A stretch of DNA of 39,452 nucleotides from a virus (taxonomy: Duplodnaviria > Caudoviricetes): positions 1 through 39,452 of the IMG/VR virus record IMGVR_UViG_3300025848_000079; one strand, given 5' to 3'. This document shows, piece after piece, positions 1 to 7,946 of the stretch (position 1 is its first letter; each line of letters begins with the position of its first letter). The notes under the pieces are model-generated. The model made no database searches. It was not told the origin of the DNA and saw only the letters and a program-made list of their open reading frames with translations. Made by a program: the position numbers and the translations under genes.

Positions 1-2
1 GA

Positions 3-1019
3 GAAGGAAGCAACGAGCTCCCCGGTCTCCTTGCAGACCACCTGAATAGAACAGGGGTCCACGGAGCCGTCCGAGGGGTCAACACCGACCTGGTAAGTAA
101 ACAGCCCAGGTTCCTTGTATATCTTTATCCCGTTTATCTCTCTCTCGGGAGGTCGGACATGGATTCCTTGCTCCTTGATGTGGTCCTCAGCGAAGACGGC
201 TGATTCAACCAGGGAGTCGGGGGACCACTCTCCATACACGTACTTCTGAACGTATCTCTTGGGTTTGGCCAGCTCAGACTGAAGAAACTGCTCAGAGAGA
301 TAGTCCTTGTTGTCCATCATAGACGTCTCCACTAAATGAGAAAACGGAGAGGGATTTACCTTGAAGAACTGATAGCCCCAGAAGTTAGCTGGGTTAGTGG
401 TCATGTTCATCTGGTTGAAAGACGCCCTCCCGCAGACCTTACAGAGCTCAAACACGGGGTTTCCTTTCTCATTTCGGTGAACCTCTTGTTCCTCCGCCGA
501 GTGCTTGCACTGTCTCCGTCTCAAGCGTGAGTTTAGGGCGTTGAAGACCTTTTCCTCAGATTCCTCGAGCTGGTCCATCCAAATAAACGAAAAGTTGTGA
601 GATTTGAGCTTCTGTTCAGCCTTCTTGATGTCAGTCGTGGCACCACTCTGAAGGGCGTCGAGTCCCCAAAACTCAGCTTCCGAACCGTTGGAGAACACAA
701 TTCGTCCATACCCCTTCTGGTGTTCGTACAATTCTGGAGGACAAATGTCCATGAAGTCCTTCATGAACGTATCCTGGGCGTTTTCCTTCGTTTTTCGTCC
801 TATCAAATGCTTGGAGCCGGGAAAAAACTGAGAAAAAAGGATGAATTTCACGATATAGGCCAGGGTTTTCCCGGAAGCCATACCTCCAGAAATCAAATTG
901 AAACGGTCCTTCGCGTTGATGAACTCCTTCTGCTTTGCGTTGAACTTCAGACCTTGAAAGGAAGAGATAACCACCTTCCCCTGAAGCCAATCGAGCCCCA
1001 TTTTCTCGTATTCATTCAT
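3..1019 (-). CDS. terL: Terminase large subunit (N-terminal part; runs off the left window edge)
   Basis: Not in the ORF track; my translation from ATG 1019: MNEYEKMGLD...NLISGGMASGKT (Walker A)...FIWMDQLEE (Walker B region)...MTTNP (motif III)...YQVGVDPSDG (start of RNase H-like nuclease domain). Frame open to the window edge; lies downstream of a TerS-like gene. Confidence 0.92.
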   Translation of the reverse strand, partial: MNEYEKMGLDWLQGKVVISSFQGLKFNAKQKEFINAKDRFNLISGGMASGKTLAYIVKFILFSQFFPGSKHLIGRKTKENAQDTFMKDFMDICPPELYEHQKGYGRIVFSNGSEAEFWGLDALQSGATTDIKKAEQKLKSHNFSFIWMDQLEESEEKVFNALNSRLRRRQCKHSAEEQEVHRNEKGNPVFELCKVCGRASFNQMNMTTNPANFWGYQFFKVNPSPFSHLVETSMMDNKDYLSEQFLQSELAKPKRYVQKYVYGEWSPDSLVESAVFAEDHIKEQGIHVRPPEREINGIKIYKEPGLFTYQVGVDPSDGSVDPCSIQVVCKETGELVASF

Positions 1020-1242
1020 AAAAAAAATAAAAAAATGTTCCCAACAACACACTCCATCCTATAAGACAAGCATAGAGGGTAAGTACCATCTTCAGTATCC
1101 CGTCGTATCTATTCATTCTGGTGTATATAAATGTAAGTATGTGTTGGTACTAGTTTTTTGCGGGTGGGGCAATTATAAGTACTCTCTTTTCTCACCGCGA
1201 AACCCCATGCCCCCCCTCCACAACACAATTCACACACTGTCA

Positions 1243-1274
1243 ATATGTCGCACAATAGACATTGTCCGACATAT
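1243..1274. repeat. Near-perfect inverted repeat between terS and terL
   Basis: ATATGTCG-C-ACAAT agac ATTGT-C-CGACATAT; 14-position stem with one C/C mismatch. Confidence 0.7.
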
Positions 1275-1694
1275 CTACAGCGTAACGTCCTGTGATGGCT
1301 CTATATAGCCCTGTTTTGGCTGTTCGTTCACATGCTCAACCGTGATATTGAGGGTCGGAGCGGTGTTCGTGTGCTCTTTTTGGTCCTTCATGCCGAGGAT
1401 ATCGGCGGCGAGCGTGAGTTCTCCTAGTCTACGCTGTGGCTTTTTCTCTATATCCTCATGCAACGCTTTGATAATAAAATCAGGCGTAAGCCCAATTTCA
1501 CTAAAAATCGCCTTATATCCTTTACCGGATAAGATTTGTGCTGGGTGTTTTGCACTTTCTACACTGTAACCGCTTTCCACTAATACAGAGGCTAGAGGCT
1601 TTGGCTTTTCGCTTTGTATGTTCTCGTAGAGCTTGTGTGTTGTCTTTATCTGTTTGGGTGTTGCTCTTATTCCTTTACGTACGTATTTGGCCAT
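1275..1694 (-). CDS. terS: Putative terminase small subunit
   Basis: 139 aa directly upstream of terL; basic N-terminus and HTH-like 'VLVESGYSVESAKHP' segment typical of TerS. Confidence 0.7.
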   Translation of the reverse strand: MAKYVRKGIRATPKQIKTTHKLYENIQSEKPKPLASVLVESGYSVESAKHPAQILSGKGYKAIFSEIGLTPDFIIKALHEDIEKKPQRRLGELTLAADILGMKDQKEHTNTAPTLNITVEHVNEQPKQGYIEPSQDVTL

Positions 1695-1881
1695 TTTTTT
1701 GTTTTTTTCTTTGAGAGCGGATGAAAAATCCTATTACCGAATTATACCACAAATACTGTGCTGTGTAAAGGTGAGAGCGAGGAAATGTTGCATAAAGTTT
1801 TTTCGTGTGTCCTATTGTATAACTGTGGATAAATGTATACAGAAGGGGTGTATACTGTTTGTGTTAGAAACCAGAAACAAA

Positions 1882-2022
1882 ATGTACAAGTACAAAAGAC
1901 TTCCGGCGGTTGTGAGAGCGTTCTACATCGCGCAGGCGTTCGTGATAAATCATCGCGGGCCGTTCGTGGTCGGGGCGATTGTGGGGCTTATTATCATTTC
2001 GGGTTTTGGTGACAATATATGA
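1882..2022 (+). CDS. Small putative membrane protein (46 aa)
   Basis: MYKYKRLP...GPFVVGAIVGLIIISGFG hydrophobic stretch; upstream TG-TATACT -10-like box at about 1849-1856; first gene of the plus-strand block. Confidence 0.55.
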   Translation: MYKYKRLPAVVRAFYIAQAFVINHRGPFVVGAIVGLIIISGFGDNI

Positions 2023-2147
2023 CCATTCAAAAATACGGGGATGTGTTTCGTGCGCGGTGTGTTGTTGGAGGGGTAGAGCATGTGGGTTACGGGGTATCGT
2101 TCTCCGATGCTCTTTTGTCCTGTTTGCTGTTTGTGGGTTCGTTGTAG
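2019..2147 (+). CDS. Small hypothetical protein (42 aa)
   Basis: My translation MTIQKYGDVFRARCVVGGVEHVGYGVSFSDALLSCLLFVGSL; ATGA overlap with the previous gene. Confidence 0.5.
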   Translation: MTIQKYGDVFRARCVVGGVEHVGYGVSFSDALLSCLLFVGSL

Positions 2148-2150
2148 GTT

Positions 2151-2226
2151 CCTTGTGGTTTCCTAGGCTCTCCGAATGTCGGGGGGCCTGTGGAGTCCGC
2201 AAGGGTTCCGCGGTACGTTGACAATA
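2151..2226 (+). promoter_or_regulatory. Long G.U-rich RNA hairpin followed by a boxA-like motif
   Basis: CCUUGUGG/CCGCAAGG and UAGGCUCUCCGA/UCGGGGGGCCUG stems, then GTTGACAATA. Confidence 0.5.
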
Positions 2227-2251
2227 GAATAGGGGTAAATAACAAAACATC

Positions 2252-2815
2252 ATGACAGATGCAATATATTATGAAGTATACAGGGGCCACAAGATAGAAA
2301 TTTTTACCGATGGAAACGCAGAAAGTCCTAGCGAATGGTGCGACAACGGCGCTTTTCTAGTGCATTATCATAGAAACTGCTGGATAGTAAACGACGGCGT
2401 GATAACACAAGATAAATTGCGCTTGTGGTATCAGGGCGAGAAAATAGAACAATTAAAAGATTACTTCATTTTCGCGGTATCGGCCTATATCCATGGCGGC
2501 GTTAGATTATCACTTGAAAACACGTTCCCGGCCGATGGTTATGGATGGGACACTTCACACGTTGGCGCGGTACTTGTCTCAAAAAAAGAGACAAAAAGCA
2601 AAGCAGGGGCGCGAACAATCGCACAGGGTACAGTGAATATATGGAATGATTACCTATCCGGCAACGTGTACGGCTACGTGGTAGACGGTGACGAGTCGTG
2701 CTGGGGTTATTATGGAGATTATGATAATCCAAAAGACGGCGGCGCGTTACAAGCCGCTAGAGAGTCGATAGACAACAAAGCGCAAAGCATACATAAAAAA
2801 CAATGTACCGCTTGA
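2252..2815 (+). CDS. Hypothetical phage protein
   Basis: 187 aa ORF with aromatic/Gly motifs (YIHGGVRLS, WNDYLSGNVYGY, SCWGYYG); function not recognisable. Confidence 0.75.
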   Translation: MTDAIYYEVYRGHKIEIFTDGNAESPSEWCDNGAFLVHYHRNCWIVNDGVITQDKLRLWYQGEKIEQLKDYFIFAVSAYIHGGVRLSLENTFPADGYGWDTSHVGAVLVSKKETKSKAGARTIAQGTVNIWNDYLSGNVYGYVVDGDESCWGYYGDYDNPKDGGALQAARESIDNKAQSIHKKQCTA

Positions 2816-2927
2816 AAAGCGCGAGGCGTTCAAAGTTTAACAAAAATATACCCTATTCTATTGCTAGCGTATTGCTAGGCGTGTGAGACTGGTTGTATGT
2901 TCATTGAAAATGTGGTATAATAGGTGA

Positions 2928-3407
2928 ATGCAAGAATATATGCGTGCCTACTATATCCGTAATAAGGAACGAATAAAAGAAAAGCAACGTGCTTGGTATG
3001 TTCTTAATAGAGATAGGTTGAGGTTGAAAGATAGAGAATACAAACAAAAACACAAGGCACACATCAACGTTATCCGAAAGAAATACCCTAGTTATATGAA
3101 ACCAAGAAATAGAGAGAACGAGAATACTAAAAACCGGTTGCGCCGTTTGAAGTACAGAACGGAGGTGCTGGCTAAATACGGAGCACGCTGCGTATGTTGC
3201 AACGAGACAACGGCTAAGTTTCTCACGATAGACCACATAAACAATGACGGGCACACTTACAAGGCAAAATCTGGTAGAAAATTAGAGGGGGCTAGACTTT
3301 ATCGTTACTTATTACAGAATAATTGCCCCAACAATGTGCAGTTAATGTGTTTTAATTGCAATGTCGGCAAGCAATTAAATGGGGGTACGTGCCCACATAA
3401 AAACTGA
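2928..3407 (+). CDS. HNH endonuclease
   Basis: CVCC...LTIDHINNDG...LMCFNCN...CPH motifs after a basic helical N-terminus; TGTGGTATAAT 6 nt upstream of ATG. Confidence 0.85.
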   Translation: MQEYMRAYYIRNKERIKEKQRAWYVLNRDRLRLKDREYKQKHKAHINVIRKKYPSYMKPRNRENENTKNRLRRLKYRTEVLAKYGARCVCCNETTAKFLTIDHINNDGHTYKAKSGRKLEGARLYRYLLQNNCPNNVQLMCFNCNVGKQLNGGTCPHKN

Positions 3408-3493
3408 TTTTATCTCGCTTGTCTTTATTTATATAGGGATTGTGGGGGATAAAATCCCCGCGCAATAGTGATTGGTTCGCGCTCATTGAAAAA
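3406..3493 (+). promoter_or_regulatory. Long G.U-rich RNA hairpin followed by a boxA-like motif
   Basis: GAUUUUAUCUC/GGGAUAAAAUC and GUCUUUAU/AUAGGGAU stems, then GCTCATTGAAAAA. Confidence 0.5.
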
Positions 3494-3498
3494 ATAAT

Positions 3499-3903
3499 AT
3501 GGAAAAAAGAGAAGCGATATTGAAAGAGTATATCCCCGATGTTTTGTACGACCGTTTTCCCAACGAATGGAGCGGTGGTACAAAGCGTTTTACGGGCGTA
3601 CCGCTTGAAAAGTTGGAAGAATTGCAAACAAAACAGCTTATTGACCTCGAAGAGAGGCAAAACAACAGCCCGACGGTGGCGGAGTTCATGGACATTATGA
3701 AAAGATTCCCGAAGCTCTCCGCTCATGGTTACATAGTAACCGAGGAAAGGCCGGACGCTCGGACGAGCATCGAGGGGCTGGAGGGTTTTGTCGCCTACGG
3801 GGAAATGTCGGATGTTGAAAAACTACTCGCCCATGCTGACGAGTGGAACATCAAGCCCGACACAAACCGTGGGGGTTATCAGGTTCGCTCATGGTGGGAC
3901 TAG
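3499..3903 (+). CDS. Hypothetical phage protein
   Basis: 134 aa ORF in the plus-strand block ending RSWWD. Confidence 0.75.
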   Translation: MEKREAILKEYIPDVLYDRFPNEWSGGTKRFTGVPLEKLEELQTKQLIDLEERQNNSPTVAEFMDIMKRFPKLSAHGYIVTEERPDARTSIEGLEGFVAYGEMSDVEKLLAHADEWNIKPDTNRGGYQVRSWWD

Positions 3904-3904
3904 T

Positions 3905-4051
3905 ATGAAAATATCACAAGAGGCCTTCGAGCTCATTATGGACGCCCTCGACATATCCGCGAGCGTGAAAGTATATGGGGAGGGGAGAGAGGCACATCAA
4001 AAGGCGGTCGAGGAGGCTCGCCAAGAACTAGAAGCGGTAGGAACGTACTAA
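3905..4051 (+). CDS. Small hypothetical protein (48 aa)
   Basis: MKISQEAFELIMDALD...; ATG 1 nt after the previous stop (track ORF 3788..4051 has an over-extended start). Confidence 0.6.
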   Translation: MKISQEAFELIMDALDISASVKVYGEGREAHQKAVEEARQELEAVGTY

Positions 4052-4052
4052 A

Positions 4053-4322
4053 ATGAAACTCTACGCAACAGTAACAAGTGAAAGGGCTAGTAAGGGACAA
4101 GGGGGAAACAAGAGTTTAGAGGTGGTTTTCCAAGCCGGAAGCGGGCGGGATATAATCGGCAAAGCGATTTTGTTCGCACCAGTAGAAGGCAACGAGCGTT
4201 ATATGCTCGTATACGAAAACCCGAACGGGGAAACGCAAGAGTTATGGAGTTTCAAAGACAAAGGCAAAAGGCAAAAAGGCGAAGAGTTAGAGACTGAATA
4301 CAAAACAATCAGACACGACTAA
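4053..4322 (+). CDS. Hypothetical phage protein
   Basis: 89 aa, MKLYATVTSERASKGQGGNK; tightly packed in the operon. Confidence 0.7.
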   Translation: MKLYATVTSERASKGQGGNKSLEVVFQAGSGRDIIGKAILFAPVEGNERYMLVYENPNGETQELWSFKDKGKRQKGEELETEYKTIRHD

Positions 4323-4336
4323 AAGCCAAAAAGCGA

Positions 4337-4372
4337 AAAGCCGACGTTACAATCACACGTCGGTTTTTTGTT
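4337..4372 (+). terminator. Intrinsic terminator ending the plus-strand block (possibly bidirectional)
   Basis: AAAAGCCGACGT-tacaatcac-ACGTCGGTTTTTTGTTT at the convergence of + and - transcription. Confidence 0.8.
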
Positions 4373-4535
4373 TGCACAATAAACTTGACGTGCTGTCAAA
4401 TGTGTGGGGAAAAGAGGTTGCCCAACACCGACCGGCGGGGGAAACAGTTGCTAGTGGGCAATCCGAAACACGAGAAACAGAAACTAGTGGCGGACCCGAA
4501 ATAACAAACGGCGACAGAGGCGAATTTCAATACTT

Positions 4536-4949
4536 TCATTCCCCGTCTTTGAGGGCTTGTAAGACATCGGAGAGGGCTTGGTTGTATGAATCGCACTGGT
4601 GTGCGCCAATTTCCAAACCATAATCCCCACAATGTTTGCATATATTTTTCTCCCATTTGGTTGTTCTTTTCATCTTCTCCACCTTCTCCCTAAGAGCTTC
4701 ACGTTGAGAGGAGAGGAGGGAAAGTAACCTCTCAAACGTCTTATACTCTGGACTGTCAATACCCCACTCAAACTCAACCGCGTCATCAAGTTTACCCAAC
4801 TCCTTCTCCCACTCTGTCGTATCGGGTGGGGTGGGGTGGCAGGAACAGTATGGATTTTCGCAGGTGTAATTTATACCACCCGACATCATTTCGCTGTCAC
4901 TACATTTCTCACAGCAACATTCCTTCTCTGTTTTCTTTGGAGTGGGCAT
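4536..4949 (-). CDS. Hypothetical Cys-rich protein
   Basis: 137 aa; CCEKC...CENPYCSCH and CKHC motifs; YNQALSD C-terminal motif. Confidence 0.65.
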   Translation of the reverse strand: MPTPKKTEKECCCEKCSDSEMMSGGINYTCENPYCSCHPTPPDTTEWEKELGKLDDAVEFEWGIDSPEYKTFERLLSLLSSQREALREKVEKMKRTTKWEKNICKHCGDYGLEIGAHQCDSYNQALSDVLQALKDGE

Positions 4950-4952
4950 GGT

Positions 4953-5189
4953 TTATTCTGTTATAACTTCTGTGGGTATTTTTATACTTACTCCGTTGAC
5001 CACCAACCTGTCATAGTGAAAGAGGGGGGTTCTGATATGAAGCTCCACACTCTCACCGACTTTTTGTTGGTCTATCCTACGCCAGTAACCGAGGATTTCT
5101 CCAAGAATAGGAACGTACTCGTAGGTGGTTTCAACCTTTGTTTTGCGGACAGCTTCGGCTTTTATGTTTTTGTTTATATGTATTCCCAT
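4953..5189 (-). CDS. Hypothetical protein
   Basis: 78 aa ORF packed between neighbours on the coding strand. Confidence 0.6.
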   Translation of the reverse strand: MGIHINKNIKAEAVRKTKVETTYEYVPILGEILGYWRRIDQQKVGESVELHIRTPLFHYDRLVVNGVSIKIPTEVITE

Positions 5190-5216
5190 CTTCTTTAGGT
5201 TAGGTGATAAGGGGGG

Positions 5217-5921
5217 TTAGAATAAAGGATAAGGTTGGGCGGATAATCTTTGACGGGCGATTTCGCAATACTCTGGTTCTTTTTCTATTAGGATATAGTT
5301 TCTGTTGAGGTTTTTACAAGCTACACCAGTTGTGCCACTTCCAGCATAAGGGTCTAAAACTAATAGTGCCTCTGGGAAACATTTTAATATATCTTCAACC
5401 ATCTTTTCAGGGAATGCTCTTGTGTGTTGCCCATTTGTCCCAACTGCCTTCCACTCTTTTTTATCAAATAAATCGTGATGATTTATTGCATTGAATAATT
5501 TAGTTTGGGGTGATTTCGCTAACCAATATATTCTTTCAGTCATTGGATAAAATCTTATCTTATCAAAATTCTGTGACCCATTAAACCAAACTATTTCCTG
5601 CTTTACTATAAATTTTGTCTTTAATATCCAACTATAAGGGGTTATCTGTGTGCCATTTTTTATTCTATTTTTGTGATTATAAATTATACTTCCTTCATCT
5701 TTTAATATTCTATAACATTCGTCTAAAAAATGCTTCTGCTGGTGCTGGTATTCTTCTTCTGGTAAATTGTCATTGTATGCTTTATGCCTTTTCCAGCCAG
5801 TGTGATGTGTGTTACCTAAATTATAGGGTGGTGAAGTTAAAATCATATCTATACTCTTATCAGGTATATCCTTCATTACCTCTAAGCAATCACCTTGTAT
5901 AACTTGGTTTATCATTTTCAT
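5217..5921 (-). CDS. DNA N4-cytosine/N6-adenine methyltransferase (beta class)
   Basis: GDCLEVM start, TSPPYN catalytic motif, H..AFP, LDPYAGSGTTG SAM-binding motif. Confidence 0.93.
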   Translation of the reverse strand: MKMINQVIQGDCLEVMKDIPDKSIDMILTSPPYNLGNTHHTGWKRHKAYNDNLPEEEYQHQQKHFLDECYRILKDEGSIIYNHKNRIKNGTQITPYSWILKTKFIVKQEIVWFNGSQNFDKIRFYPMTERIYWLAKSPQTKLFNAINHHDLFDKKEWKAVGTNGQHTRAFPEKMVEDILKCFPEALLVLDPYAGSGTTGVACKNLNRNYILIEKEPEYCEIARQRLSAQPYPLF

Positions 5922-5964
5922 CTCTCATTTGTTATGTTGATAAATCTTCTCTAAGACAGGGGGG

Positions 5965-6492
5965 CTAAAGTTTAATATCACTCTCTACTTCGTTGCCCCA
6001 AACATCCCATCCCTCGGTAGCAGTACGGGCAAACATCTCCAAGCGAGGGAGGTCGCCACAGTATTGCTCGATAAGACTTCTGAAAATAGCGGGTTTTTCT
6101 GAATGTCGTAGTTTTTTAGAACTCACTTGAACAAGGGAAGGAAAGGAGTTTTTGTGTTGGAACATTTTTGGTTTTTGCCCCTTGTATCCAAATAGTAAAA
6201 ACTCTGTTCTTCTGTGGAATCCGAAAAGAGTCATTCCATTCATTTTGTCCCAAGTTATTGTCAAATGGTAATTGAATCCCCACGCTTTCATTACCTCAAA
6301 AGCACGGGGTAAATAAGTCTGCGTAGTCCATAAAAATAAGAAGGCGTTTTCATTTGTAGGCACTTTCAAAGTGGCAATCTCTTCTACATTCATAGTGGAA
6401 TAATCAAATCCCTTTTGATTTGGGCGAACTCGCCGTTCTATTTTCTTCATTTCCCACGGTGGGTCAGCATATATTATCTGATATTTTTTCAT
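5965..6492 (-). CDS. MT-A70 family adenine methyltransferase
   Basis: YQIIYADPPW, LFLWTT, TEFLLFG, HSEKP, LEMFAR, GWDVWGNE motifs. Confidence 0.92.
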   Translation of the reverse strand: MKKYQIIYADPPWEMKKIERRVRPNQKGFDYSTMNVEEIATLKVPTNENAFLFLWTTQTYLPRAFEVMKAWGFNYHLTITWDKMNGMTLFGFHRRTEFLLFGYKGQKPKMFQHKNSFPSLVQVSSKKLRHSEKPAIFRSLIEQYCGDLPRLEMFARTATEGWDVWGNEVESDIKL

Positions 6493-6519
6493 TTTTGTTT
6501 TCTCAACCTCCCTATCTTT

Positions 6520-6718
6520 GAGTGTAGATGGGCTGGCGACTGGAGAATATCGCGCGAAGGTCTAGCTAGCTATTCACATTCCTTTTCTCCAGTGATCAAC
6601 CCACCTACTCGCTTATAAGGGCAGGAGTCCCCACTCAATGCCGAGAATCACTCGATTTGGAAGCAGGTTTGATGAGAACCTACCACGTCATTGAATTGGG
6701 ACTTCTGACCTCATAAGC
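6520..6718 (-). ncRNA. Candidate structured RNA: two tandem long imperfect hairpins
   Basis: Inverted repeats 6520-6610 and 6611-6718; several plus-strand C/A mismatches become G.U pairs on the minus (transcribed) strand. Confidence 0.45.
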
Positions 6719-6854
6719 TACTTGTTGAAGAAGAGAGCTGTGGGGGGCATTTTTGGATTTGCAAACTATTATAGATGCCTCACCGTAGGATGCTCGGTGA
6801 TAATTACCCCACAACCCTCCTCTCCAACGTATTGTGTCATGTACCGACGAAGAA

Positions 6855-7091
6855 CTATTTACTCGGGTCAAAATTCATCTTTGCTATGCAGAGGTCTACC
6901 GCCCGCTGGTAGTTGCCCATCTCAAGCAACACCTTCTCCTCTTCAAGCTTCGCTATCTCCATCTCCTTCCGGACGTGCTCGTGTACCGATTCTACGCAAT
7001 TCTCGCAGTATTTCCATCGGCGGTAGGTCGGAGCCTTGCACACTTCGCAGGTATTTGATTTTGGCTCTAATACGGTTAAGGTTTTCTTCAT
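6855..7091 (-). CDS. Small Zn-finger protein
   Basis: MKKTLTVLEPKSNTCEVC...YCENC; overlaps the 3' end of ninG in another frame. Confidence 0.5.
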   Translation of the reverse strand: MKKTLTVLEPKSNTCEVCKAPTYRRWKYCENCVESVHEHVRKEMEIAKLEEEKVLLEMGNYQRAVDLCIAKMNFDPSK

Positions 7092-7446
7092 ACTCTTGGT
7101 CCGACCACTCTTTTGTGGTTTTTCCTCGGTACCGAGAATCGTTATATTTTTCTTCAAGTCTACGGACAAAATGTTTCCCATATCGTTTCTCTAAATTGGT
7201 CTTATACTGTATGAGGTGCCCGGGATTGAATCCATTGTCATATGCACACTCACCGTGAACATTGTCCTCTGAGAATAGCAAAGCGAAACCGCAGTTGGCC
7301 GCCGGGGCGAAGTGTCCAGCCTGTAGAGACAACTCGTCCCCAGGCTTGCCGCACGTAACGCACACGCCCCACACAACAGTGTCCCTAAGTCGTATGAACT
7401 GAGAGAACTCCGTCCAGTACTTTCCTTTTTTACCTTTGTATCTGAT
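6943..7446 (-). CDS. ninG: NinG/Rap-like recombination endonuclease (start codon uncertain; ATC at 7446 proposed)
   Basis: FSQFIRLRD...CVTCG...LQAGHF...LLFSEDNVHGECAYDN...YKTNLEKRYG are NinG family motifs; the conserved N-terminal motif lies upstream of the first GTG (7374). Confidence 0.8.
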   Translation of the reverse strand: MRYKGKKGKYWTEFSQFIRLRDTVVWGVCVTCGKPGDELSLQAGHFAPAANCGFALLFSEDNVHGECAYDNGFNPGHLIQYKTNLEKRYGKHFVRRLEEKYNDSRYRGKTTKEWSDQEYEENLNRIRAKIKYLRSVQGSDLPPMEILRELRRIGTRARPEGDGDSEA

Positions 7447-7471
7447 GTTTGCATAGTACCACAGATTTCTG

Positions 7472-7810
7472 TTATTGTAAACCCATCTCCGAGTTCGCCA
7501 TTCTTGCCTGAATCTTTGCCAGGCGGACCATTTCTTCTATCCTCGTGAGCTTGGCCTCCTGGTTCTTCAGTTCACGGTATTCATCAGAGGCTTCAATGAT
7601 GGCGTTGGCTTTCGCCACCGAGTCTCCCGCTTGTATGAGTTCGACCTTTTTCTTGGCTACAGCCTGAGCCAGTAGCGAGAGTTTCTCCTGCTCTGTTCCA
7701 AGGAGGACGGTAATCTTGAGTGCTCCGTCAAGCCATGTAGACGGGGAGACGGGCACCTTATTCTCCACCCAACCAGACAACGAGTCTATGATTGTGTCAA
7801 TAGTTACCAT
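7472..7810 (-). CDS. Hypothetical helical protein
   Basis: 112 aa, coiled-coil-like C-terminal half. Confidence 0.7.
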   Translation of the reverse strand: MVTIDTIIDSLSGWVENKVPVSPSTWLDGALKITVLLGTEQEKLSLLAQAVAKKKVELIQAGDSVAKANAIIEASDEYRELKNQEAKLTRIEEMVRLAKIQARMANSEMGLQ

Positions 7811-7946
7811 GTTTCTTTGTTAGGTGCCACCCCGCACATCGGGGGCACTCGTACGCACGGAGGTCAACTTCTCTTAGTTTCCCGACACCACGCATTACAC
7901 GAAGCGCCTCCTTGCGAGATTTATATATTCTCTTGTCCCCACACAT
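7797..7946 (-). CDS. Small Zn-finger protein (49 aa)
   Basis: My translation MCGDKRIYKSRKEALRVMRGVGKLREVDLRAYECPRCAGWHLTKKHGNY; the C..K..Y / AY.CP.C.GWHLT pattern is common in phages; TAATG coupling to the upstream gene. Confidence 0.7.
   Translation of the reverse strand: MCGDKRIYKSRKEALRVMRGVGKLREVDLRAYECPRCAGWHLTKKHGNY

Noticed and set aside
673-990. Track ORF of 105 aa on the minus strand, and plus-strand ORFs 336..530 and 597..1064
   Set aside because: Off-frame or antisense shadows of terL, whose real frame (ATG 1019) carries the terminase motifs
2928-3407. HNH (and the 10255..10683 nuclease) as intron- or intein-encoded elements
   Set aside because: Both are free-standing with their own promoter-like motifs; no interrupted host gene flanks them
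4440-4505. Imperfect direct repeat CTAGTGG(G)C...CCGAAA x2
   Set aside because: Only two degenerate copies, with no supporting structure or context
6660-6690. Hammerhead ribozyme core (TGATGAG on the plus strand)
   Set aside because: Reads TTGATGAG, not CTGATGA, lacks a correctly placed GAAA and stems, and is on the non-transcribed strand
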